Shown in pieces: positions 36,575 through 44,311 of a stretch of 64,000 bases of DNA. The translations under genes were made by a program, and so were the position numbers. The notes beneath the pieces were generated by a model. That model saw nothing but the letters and a program-made list of their open reading frames with translations, was not told the origin of the DNA and did no database searches. This DNA comes from an uncultured Chlamydiales bacterium (GTDB taxonomy: Bacteria > Chlamydiota > Chlamydiia > Chlamydiales > Rhabdochlamydiaceae). Position 1 is the stretch's first letter, and each line of letters starts with the position of its first letter. Location of the stretch: positions 1,120,001 through 1,184,000 of the forward strand of contig OY969554.1 of assembly GCA_963700985.1 (NCBI GenBank). The letters run 5' to 3'.

Positions 36575-36770
36575 CTTCAACTTATGTATTAATAAATATT
36601 CGAACGGTGGACTAGAGAGAAAAATTTGTCAATATAGAGAGAGTTAAATGAAAATCGAATGATTTTTTATAAAAACAAAATTATAATTTAAAAAATTAAT
36701 AAAGTTGCAAACAGCTCTCACATCAAATAAAATAGATGCAGATTTTTATATTAACTATATTGGAGATTTT

Positions 36771-37832
36771 ATGGTTTCTGCCGCTGGTGCGCAAAATCTA
36801 GGTAATGTTCTCGCAAATCTTGAAGGATTCTTTCATACAGGCTGGAGCGATAAGCCCGATCCCAGAACTGATAAATGCGGTCATACCCATGATTTAGCTA
36901 CTTGGCAAAGCATCGAAAAAGCGGCTCAAGCGGCTCAAACGCAATTCCGTTGTCCCCACTCTGGTGAGCCAATCGATCTCAAAGAGCTCTATCCAAATCT
37001 AGCCTTCAAAAGCGTTTCGGAGCAATTACGCGCTCTGCCAAGATTGCTCATAAAACATGCAGAAACGCAAGAACAAGCCACGCGTACTCTAAGGCTAATG
37101 GCTGAGAAGCTATCGATCGCAGACCGTCGAATTGAAAATCTCAGAACTACAAGTTGGTTTTGGCAGCTGAAAGCAGAAATAGAATGCACAACGATCGCAG
37201 GGTGCGCAAATTATGCACTTTCTAATGAAGAATTAGCAACAGTAGCTAGAAGACCGATTATGCCAAAATCTGGTCCTTTAGATATCCGAGAAATTGCTTT
37301 GAATATTCGCACTGCGATCGAAGATGGCATTCAGCTTATGCCTATTGAAAAACCTCAGCTAGATAAGTGTGGCCATACTTATGACTTTTCAACATGGCAA
37401 GACTTGAATCGCAGGGCTGAAGATAGTGGTAAACCTCTTCAATGTCCCGATTCTCAAGCAGTTTTAGACCCGAAAAAACTTTATCCTAATCTAGCTTTAC
37501 GACATGCGACAGAAGAACTAAGCGCGCTTGCAGAAATTCTCGAAAATCAAGTAAGAATATCCAATAGAAATCGAGCTAACCTAGAACTAATGCAGAGACA
37601 AATAGCGCTCAAAGAAAGACAGCTTGAAAATCTTACGAGCACGAGTTGGTTTTGGAGATTAGATGCTGAGATCTGGGGCAAAGATTTATCAAAAAGTAAA
37701 AATTATGGTCTTTCAGATGAAGAGTTAGCAATTCTTGATCAGAGACCAGAATTTGAAGTCCTGCCAGAAGTAGATCTTTCTCTTGTTCGTCGTGAACCCG
37801 AAGAAAGAAAAGAAGCAATGGGAAAATCATGA
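36771..37832 (+). CDS. Tandem double U-box/RING-like protein (putative E3 ligase effector)
   Basis: Two roughly 164-aa repeats, each with P-x3-DKCGHT[HY]D...CP-x-S...LYPNLA[FL] followed by a coiled coil and T[TS]SWFW. GGAG RBS. Confidence 0.8.
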   Translation: MVSAAGAQNLGNVLANLEGFFHTGWSDKPDPRTDKCGHTHDLATWQSIEKAAQAAQTQFRCPHSGEPIDLKELYPNLAFKSVSEQLRALPRLLIKHAETQEQATRTLRLMAEKLSIADRRIENLRTTSWFWQLKAEIECTTIAGCANYALSNEELATVARRPIMPKSGPLDIREIALNIRTAIEDGIQLMPIEKPQLDKCGHTYDFSTWQDLNRRAEDSGKPLQCPDSQAVLDPKKLYPNLALRHATEELSALAEILENQVRISNRNRANLELMQRQIALKERQLENLTSTSWFWRLDAEIWGKDLSKSKNYGLSDEELAILDQRPEFEVLPEVDLSLVRREPEERKEAMGKS

Positions 37833-38173
37833 GCTACACTCCTTCAATCTCGAGCCGCCAAGTCAATGGTGTCGATTTAGTATACTTAGAAAAACGCAAT
37901 GCTTTAGGCGAAGTGGAGCAGAGTATTGAATTCTGTCCAGATCAGCTTTCTTCTGCGGATCAATTAACCTTTTATCGCTGCCTGTGGCAAAAGGTCAATA
38001 CAGATCAAGCCGAATTTGATTCAATCTTGCGTAGCACAATAGCTGAGCATCCACAAGCAGCGCCAGCTCCTCGCTTCAATTTATTTTGCTCGCTTGGAAC
38101 ATGTCTTTGCGATTTCATTTCTATGATCTGGGATAAGATCTCTGCTTTTTTTGCCAGCTGCTGCAAAAGCTAA
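37829..38173 (+). CDS. Hypothetical protein with Cys-rich amphipathic C-terminus
   Basis: ATGA overlap with the upstream gene. Ends FCSLGTCLCDFISMIWDKISAFFASCCKS. Confidence 0.7.
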   Translation: MSYTPSISSRQVNGVDLVYLEKRNALGEVEQSIEFCPDQLSSADQLTFYRCLWQKVNTDQAEFDSILRSTIAEHPQAAPAPRFNLFCSLGTCLCDFISMIWDKISAFFASCCKS

Positions 38174-38260
38174 GCTAGGCTTGATGCGATTTCTTTTTCA
38201 TCGTGAAAAGATTCCAAACGTCTTAGAATAGCTCTATTAATCTAAGGGCATTCAATAAGC

Positions 38261-38470
38261 ATGAAATATATTTTTCTGATTTTGATTAAAGCCTACCAGC
38301 TGATGGTGTCGCCTTTTATTGGCAAGAGCTGCCGCTTTTACCCGAGCTGTTCCGATTATGGAATGGAGGCGATTCGAAAGCATGGTGCCTTGAAGGGCGG
38401 CTGGCTGGTGGTAAAACGTCTAGGGAAATGTCATCCTTGGTACCCAGGTGGCGTTGACGAAGTTCCCTAA
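38261..38470 (+). CDS. yidD: Membrane protein insertion efficiency factor YidD
   Basis: YQ..SP...CRFYPSCSDY..EAI.KHG.LKG...RL.KCHPW.PGG.D.VP signature. Confidence 0.95.
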   Translation: MKYIFLILIKAYQLMVSPFIGKSCRFYPSCSDYGMEAIRKHGALKGGWLVVKRLGKCHPWYPGGVDEVP

Positions 38471-38480
38471 AAATAGCTTT

Positions 38481-39800
38481 TTATCGATCTGGGATCTCGA
38501 GGGTTTTACCTAAGCGGAGGCGTTCACTTTCTAAGCGATTGAGCCGCATGATCGAATCGACGGTGACGCGGTATTTGCGGGCAATCTTCCAGAGATTATC
38601 ACCAGCTACTACTGTGTGCGTGCGTCGCTTGGTCGACTTGTTAGGCGTCGCTTTGCCTTGGGAGGTATTGGCTTTACGCATTTCCAATGGGCTTGCCTCT
38701 ATGAACGCATCTGCCAATACCTCTGGGGTAGCTTGGGGAGCTGCGGCCGCAATCGATTCAGATGGTGGTGGCACGAGGTGAGGTGCAAAGCGGTGCAAAG
38801 TTGCAAGGTGATCGTATGGTTCAGGCACCACCTCTGTGGCACTAGTATAAAGCAGGGTAGCGGCTTTTTTCCAGACAGCATCGCAGCGCGGGCTGACAAT
38901 TAAGTCGCGCGCAAAGGTGATCAAAGCTGGATAGTTACTCGGCAAGATGTCGAAAAGTGTGAGCACTTGGGCATCGCTCATACGCTTAAAGGTATATTCT
39001 AGATCGGTTTCCAAGAAAATTTTAGCAGCAATAGTAGAGCGCTGATCGAGATAATCGAGCAGTAAGCTGCGGCGTTTTTCAAGCGAGAGATCTTGTGCTT
39101 GGCGCTGCTGCTCTGTAAAACTATTTAGAACGTTCCAATCGCCTTGAGCCAGCATCTCAACCAGAACTTCCCTTTCCATTTTGAGGCCGGTACGAGTGAA
39201 AAGCAGGAAAAGCGTATGGAAATGTGGGGTGAGGTAAAAAGCTTCGAGAAGTGAAGGGTCGCGGGGGAAGTGGTTGCGCTGGATCTCAAAGAAGAGTCCC
39301 TGCGAGGTAAAAGGCCACTTTTCTGTGCGAGCGTAGTGCTGGATCGCATCATATTGAAAGTCGGCCAAGCTAGGGAAAATAATTAACGGGATCTGTTCTT
39401 CGCCCTGGGCATTGCGAAAGGGAATAAGCCGTTTTTGAATTTCAAGGCCGCCTAGCGCACGCTCGAGGTTGAAATGGTGAAAGGCAACCAAGCAAGAAAG
39501 AGCTAGATCGCGTCTTGTATATCCATCTTCAATGAGTTCTTTATTATCCAGCCGCAGCAAGAGATCCTGGAAAGAGAGCATCGAATAGGCGCGCAAAAGC
39601 TGCTCATTGGTGATAATAGGAACAGAGCGCTCTTTAGCTATGGGCTTAAGCTCGATAGGCACCGAAACCTCTCGCTCTTTTAATACGGAATAGACGAAGG
39701 TCGCCAGCAGAAGAATATTTAGTGTTCCGCTGACAATAAGGATCTGCGTGAGCTTGCGCGTACGCTGAATGAGTGGGGCTTCTAACGAACTTTTAGACAT
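38481..39800 (-). CDS. Membrane-anchored protein with C-terminal LysM domain
   Basis: N-terminal TM segment and C-terminal HTVVAGDNLWKIARKYRVTVDSIMRLNRL...LRLGKTLEIP. Confidence 0.9.
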   Translation of the reverse strand: MSKSSLEAPLIQRTRKLTQILIVSGTLNILLLATFVYSVLKEREVSVPIELKPIAKERSVPIITNEQLLRAYSMLSFQDLLLRLDNKELIEDGYTRRDLALSCLVAFHHFNLERALGGLEIQKRLIPFRNAQGEEQIPLIIFPSLADFQYDAIQHYARTEKWPFTSQGLFFEIQRNHFPRDPSLLEAFYLTPHFHTLFLLFTRTGLKMEREVLVEMLAQGDWNVLNSFTEQQRQAQDLSLEKRRSLLLDYLDQRSTIAAKIFLETDLEYTFKRMSDAQVLTLFDILPSNYPALITFARDLIVSPRCDAVWKKAATLLYTSATEVVPEPYDHLATLHRFAPHLVPPPSESIAAAAPQATPEVLADAFIEASPLEMRKANTSQGKATPNKSTKRRTHTVVAGDNLWKIARKYRVTVDSIMRLNRLESERLRLGKTLEIPDR

Positions 39801-39857
39801 AAGTAGGGTTTTGTGGTATCTTCATCACTTTAGCAATTTGTTGAATAAAGGTAGAGT

Positions 39858-41948
39858 GTGAAAGTCCCTTTATCCTGGTTGAAAGATTTTGTTAACCTAA
39901 AGCTCTCGCCTGACGAGATCGCAGCTACGCTTACAACCGGCGGGCTCGAAGTCGATAAAATTGAAGAGCTGGACGGCGACATCGTCTTTGAAATTTCGCT
40001 GACGCCCAATCTGGGCCACTGCATGAGCGTGCTTGGAATTGCACGCGAACTCGCTGCACTTAAAAATTTAAAGCTCACCTCCCCTCCGCAAGAATTTAAA
40101 GAAGACGCACAGCATAAGATTCAGGACATGATCTCTGTGGAGATTAAAGATAGCGCGCAATGCTTTCGTTATGCCTGCCGACTGGTGATGAATGTGAAAG
40201 TCGGCCCCTCGCCTGATTGGATGGTTAAACGTCTGGAAGCGTCGGGTGTGCGAAGCATCAACAATGTGGTAGATATCACCAATTATGTGATGCTCGAACG
40301 AGGACAACCGCTGCACGCCTTTGATTATGACAAGATCGCAGGAAAAAAAATCTGCGTATCTTCAAACATGTCCTCTAGCGTGTCTTCAAGCGTGTCCTCT
40401 AATTCCAACTCCTCTTCGCTTAAAGCACTGGATGAAAAAACTTATGAGATCCCAGAAGGTGTGCTGCTAATTACAGACGCCAAAGAGCCTCTTGCCTTCG
40501 CGGGTGTGATGGGCGGTCATGACTCCAGTGTTACTGAAAACACAAAACGTCTGCTGCTGGAATCAGCTTTCTTTACTCCGCAAGCCGTACGCAAAGCGAG
40601 CAAGCTTCTTCATCTGCGCACTGAATCCTCGCAACGTTTTGAAAAAGAGGTCGATTTTGACGGGATCCCGGCTGCCTTAGATCGAGCTTGCGCACTTTTA
40701 CAAGAGCTCGCTGGCGGCTTGGTAGCCAAAGGCGCTATCGATGAGATCAGCCAACTACAAGCCCCCAAACCGATTGTTTGCCGAATTAATCGCGTCAACC
40801 AGATGCTGGGCACAACGCTGAGTTTGCGTGAAGTGGCAGCTATTTTTGAAAGGCTTCAGATTCAGATTAAACGTGAAGATCAGGATGCCTTGCATGTGAT
40901 TGCACCGAGCTTCCGCAATGATATCAAAACTGAAATCGACCTCATTGAAGAAGTAGGGCGCATCTACGGCTACTCGAATATTCCGCTTGCGCATCCTAAG
41001 CACATTACCTCTCCACTCGACTCTTCTCCGCTTTTTGTATTTGAGAAGAAAATGCGCGAGCAGCTGCTAGAAGAGAATTTACAAGAGTGTATCACCTGCG
41101 ATCTAATTAGCCCCGCTCTTGCGGAGCTAACCGCAGAAGCACCAGATCCCGCATCTTGGATCTCGGTGTTGCAACCAGCCTCAATAGATCAGTCTGTCTT
41201 ACGCACATCGCTCTTGCCAGGTCTTTTGCAAGTGGTAAAACTCAATCGGACACATCAAATCAAAGATGTCTCAGCTTTTGAGATCGGACGCATCCATTTT
41301 AAAGATGGCCCTCATTACAAAGAACAGACCGTCATTGGAATTATCTGCACAGGTATAAGCGCGCCTTACCATTTTGATCCAAAGCCACGCGAAGTCGACT
41401 TTTTCGAGCTTAAAGGCAAAATAGAAAACTTACTTTTAAGCCTCGGTATTACAAATGCTACTTTTGAACAGTCGCACTTGCATAATTTTCACCCTGGAAG
41501 GCAGGCGCGCATTAAAGTCGGAGACGATATCATTGGGTCGCTCGGCGAGATGCATCCTGGCCGGCTACATGTGCTAGATCTTGAGGCCCGCGTCTATTTC
41601 GCCGAGCTCAATCTACATGACCTGATGCGCCTGGAGCATAAAGACTGGAAAGTTGAAGAGCTAGCAGTCTTCCCCGGTTCAGAAAGAGACTGGACGATGA
41701 CTTTAAAAGAGGAAGCGCCTCTCGGGCATATCTTCCAGTTGATCCAATCTGTGCGTTCACCCTATCTTGAAAAAGTCGAGCTGATCGATATCTATCGAGA
41801 TGCGCGCCTAGGAAAAGAGAAGAAAAATGTGACCTTACGCTTCTTTTACCGCGACAAGGAGAAGACGCTTTCTTTCGAGGCGGTTGAGAAGGAACACACA
41901 AATATTGCGGTAGAAGTAGCCAAAAAGTTAGAGCATCTACTACACTGA
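39858..41948 (+). CDS. pheT: Phenylalanine-tRNA ligase beta subunit (short form lacking B2)
   Basis: MKVPLSWLKDFV, EISLTPN.G, SINNVVDITNYVMLE.GQPLHAFD, LAFAGVMGG, LLESA.F, DLIEEVGRIYGY and LRTSLLPGLL motifs, plus the C-terminal FDX-ACB domain. Confidence 0.96.
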   Translation: MKVPLSWLKDFVNLKLSPDEIAATLTTGGLEVDKIEELDGDIVFEISLTPNLGHCMSVLGIARELAALKNLKLTSPPQEFKEDAQHKIQDMISVEIKDSAQCFRYACRLVMNVKVGPSPDWMVKRLEASGVRSINNVVDITNYVMLERGQPLHAFDYDKIAGKKICVSSNMSSSVSSSVSSNSNSSSLKALDEKTYEIPEGVLLITDAKEPLAFAGVMGGHDSSVTENTKRLLLESAFFTPQAVRKASKLLHLRTESSQRFEKEVDFDGIPAALDRACALLQELAGGLVAKGAIDEISQLQAPKPIVCRINRVNQMLGTTLSLREVAAIFERLQIQIKREDQDALHVIAPSFRNDIKTEIDLIEEVGRIYGYSNIPLAHPKHITSPLDSSPLFVFEKKMREQLLEENLQECITCDLISPALAELTAEAPDPASWISVLQPASIDQSVLRTSLLPGLLQVVKLNRTHQIKDVSAFEIGRIHFKDGPHYKEQTVIGIICTGISAPYHFDPKPREVDFFELKGKIENLLLSLGITNATFEQSHLHNFHPGRQARIKVGDDIIGSLGEMHPGRLHVLDLEARVYFAELNLHDLMRLEHKDWKVEELAVFPGSERDWTMTLKEEAPLGHIFQLIQSVRSPYLEKVELIDIYRDARLGKEKKNVTLRFFYRDKEKTLSFEAVEKEHTNIAVEVAKKLEHLLH
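40356..40403 (+). repeat. In-frame 12-nt degenerate tandem repeat (4 units) in pheT
   Basis: gtatcttcaaac atgtcctctagc gtgtcttcaagc gtgtcctctaat encodes VSSN-MSSS-VSSS-VSSN. Confidence 0.8.
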
Positions 41949-41988
41949 AGATTACTAGTGAAATAATCCACGTTATTGAGGGTCAGTT

Positions 41989-42984
41989 ATGAAAATGAAA
42001 TTATATTATCTCCTTGGAGCTTTAGCGATTATTACGACTGGCTGCAAGGATTCGAACGACAATGGTCAAGTCATCTCTCAACGCTATATCCATAAATATG
42101 GTTATGCCGTCTCTGCTGATGAATGGAAAATGAACAACTATCCAGGACAGGTGATCACTCACCTACGCAATGGTGCCACTATTACTGCTAACTTTGAAAA
42201 TGGCATCATGCACGGGCTGTATACGCGCACCTATCCTAACAGCCAAACTGTTGAATGCTTCTGCGTCTATAACCAAGGCCTCCTCGTTAAAGAACAATTT
42301 TACGACTCTAAAGGCATGCCTGTTCGCGAGCGCGTTCAGCTCTCTCCTACACGCCATGCTCTTACTCTCTGGTATGCAAACGGCACACCACTTAGCGTAG
42401 AAGAGTATGCAACTGATGAACTCATGGAAGGGCAATACTTCTCCGTGAATAACGAGATTGAAGCACGTGTTGAAAAAGGCCAAGGCAAACGCATTAAGCG
42501 CAATCAAGATGGCGTCCTTATTGCAACCGAAGAATTAAAGCAGGGCTTTGTCACCAAACGTGAAACATTTTATCCAAGCGGCGCACCAGAGAGCATCCTC
42601 TATTTCTCTAATAATAAGCTGCATGGTGAAAAACGCACTTTCCTAGAAACTGGAGAACCCCTTGCAGTAGAAGAGTGGATCAATGGCAAACTCCATGGAA
42701 AATCGACCTATTTCAAAAACGGTACGCGTACTTCAGAAGTCACTTATCTCAATGGCCAGAAAAACGGCATAGAGACGCATTTCGTCGATGGCGAAAATAT
42801 TTCTCAACAGAGCTACTGGTCAAATGATGTTAAGCACGGACCTGCAACTTACTTTGTAGGTACGACTCCTGAGATCGAATACTACTACGCTGGAGAGAAA
42901 GTCTCTAAGAAGCAATATGAAGAGCATGCTCACCTCGATGAGATGATCTCTCAAATTTCTCCAGAGCTAAGAGCCAGCCGTTAG
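41989..42984 (+). CDS. MORN-variant/YwqK-repeat lipoprotein
   Basis: Lipobox ITTGC and repeated NGKLHG...Y..NG units. Confidence 0.85.
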   Translation: MKMKLYYLLGALAIITTGCKDSNDNGQVISQRYIHKYGYAVSADEWKMNNYPGQVITHLRNGATITANFENGIMHGLYTRTYPNSQTVECFCVYNQGLLVKEQFYDSKGMPVRERVQLSPTRHALTLWYANGTPLSVEEYATDELMEGQYFSVNNEIEARVEKGQGKRIKRNQDGVLIATEELKQGFVTKRETFYPSGAPESILYFSNNKLHGEKRTFLETGEPLAVEEWINGKLHGKSTYFKNGTRTSEVTYLNGQKNGIETHFVDGENISQQSYWSNDVKHGPATYFVGTTPEIEYYYAGEKVSKKQYEEHAHLDEMISQISPELRASR

Positions 42985-43503
42985 ATGAAATCTGCACTTA
43001 AGAGAGGCTACGCCTGTGGCCTCTCTATTCAACTTAAAGTTTTCACGGATCATTCTGGAATTGAACGCGTAAGCTTATCTCACTCGCCTGTTAAAGGAGA
43101 GCTGATCTGCGAAATTGTTCAATCAACTCCTAATGAAGCTCCAGATGAGGCTCTAGATGAGGCCCTGGCTAAGAAAATTTTCTCCTGGATGGAAAGCTAT
43201 GCAAATAAGCGCCAGCCTAAAGTAGAGTTGCCCTTAAATGTGCCCAAAAAAGGCCCATTTGCCAGCACTGCGCTTGAAATCATTAAGAATATTCCTTTCG
43301 GAAAGTATGAAAGTTATCGCACGGTTGCTGAAAAAGCCGGCAGCCCTAGAGCTGCGCGCGCTGTAGGCAATACCTGCCATGACAACACCCTGCCCTTCTT
43401 TATTCCCTGCCATCGCGTACTTAAATCGGATGGTTCACTTGGGGGCTTTGCCATAGATCTGAAACTAAAAGAGCTTCTGCTCGAATTCGAAGGCTGCCTT
43501 TAG
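42985..43503 (+). CDS. ogt: Methylated-DNA-protein-cysteine methyltransferase
   Basis: IPFG...SY...A...G.P.AARAVG and active-site IPCHRV motifs. Confidence 0.93.
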   Translation: MKSALKRGYACGLSIQLKVFTDHSGIERVSLSHSPVKGELICEIVQSTPNEAPDEALDEALAKKIFSWMESYANKRQPKVELPLNVPKKGPFASTALEIIKNIPFGKYESYRTVAEKAGSPRAARAVGNTCHDNTLPFFIPCHRVLKSDGSLGGFAIDLKLKELLLEFEGCL

Positions 43504-43552
43504 CTTTCTTCCATAAGTCTAAGCAATACAAGCATCTAATATAAAGGTGTTT

Positions 43553-43660
43553 ACAAGATGTAGAGGATCGCCTTCGGCGGATAGGATGTGCAGGATACAA
43601 AGAAGTTTTTTTGTCTATCTTGCTTATCCTGTCCGCCGAAGGCGATCTTCTCCATCCTGT
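43553..43660. repeat. Long imperfect inverted repeat (REP/MITE-like hairpin) between convergent genes
   Basis: Left arm acaagatgtagaggatcgccttcggcggataggat versus reverse complement of the right arm acaggatggagaagatcgccttcggcggacaggat: 31/35 identical. Confidence 0.85.
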
Positions 43661-43699
43661 TTTTTTAGATGACTTTAACCGCTTAATGGATGCGGAGAA

Positions 43700-43924
43700 T
43701 TAGCGAGCCTGGTTGGGTTCTTCTTGGTTGATCAGCTCATTTGGAATAGGCAGCTCCTCATTTGCTACTGAGGTAGACTCAGCCGCAGGAATTAGAGATG
43801 TATCCTCCTCATCCTCTTCCACTAAGACCATTCTTTCAATCTCGCTGGGATCTTCCTCATCCTTCTGATCACAGCCAGTAAGTGCCAAGCCAAAAGCTAA
43901 AATGAAAGGGACGTATTGTCTCAT
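43700..43924 (-). CDS. Small acidic lipoprotein
   Basis: Lipobox LALTGC and an Asp/Glu-rich mature part. Confidence 0.75.
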   Translation of the reverse strand: MRQYVPFILAFGLALTGCDQKDEEDPSEIERMVLVEEDEEDTSLIPAAESTSVANEELPIPNELINQEEPNQAR

Positions 43925-44000
43925 GAAAAACCAACCTTTTTTTATCCATATCCTAAATTAATCCGGAAATTCTTCCAAGCTAAGCCTATTGTTCAAATAG

Positions 44001-44068
44001 AGATCGGGCACGCACACGGGCACGTTTCACGAAAGAGTCAATGAGGCTTTCCTTTTCGCGCCCGATCT
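44001..44068. repeat. Short inverted-repeat element with internal GGGCACG direct repeat
   Basis: agatcgggcacg (44001-44012) versus cgcgcccgatct (44057-44068): 11/12 complementary. cgggcacg occurs twice in tandem. Confidence 0.55.
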
Positions 44069-44131
44069 TATCTTTTAGTTATTTGAGATAGCCCTATTGC
44101 TAAATTCAAAGGGATGGGCTATGAGAAACTT

Positions 44132-44311
44132 ATGACCAAAGAAGAAATGCTGAGACGTATCTCTGAGCTCGAGTCTTTGAATGACCAGCTAGCATCAGAG
44201 CTACGCTATTTAGATAAGCTGCTGAAACAGGTGGGTTTTGAAGAGGGTCTTCGAACGCTCAAGTTCGCAGCTGAAGAAATGCTAGATCAAGATAAAGAAA
44301 GCAGCGCATAA
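44132..44311 (+). CDS. Small coiled-coil hypothetical protein
   Basis: MTKEEMLRRISELESLNDQL...LLKQVGFEEGLRTLK heptad pattern. The 3' end overlaps the SNF2 gene. Confidence 0.7.
   Translation: MTKEEMLRRISELESLNDQLASELRYLDKLLKQVGFEEGLRTLKFAAEEMLDQDKESSA

Noticed and set aside
1-38200. Accessory half as a prophage, ICE or integron
   Set aside because: No integrase, transposase, phage structural gene, tRNA attachment site or attC-like repeat series recognised in the window.
41989-42984. YwqK-like protein as an antitoxin for the RHS toxins
   Set aside because: It is a lipoprotein in the conserved pheT-ogt block, and the label reflects generic MORN-type repeats.
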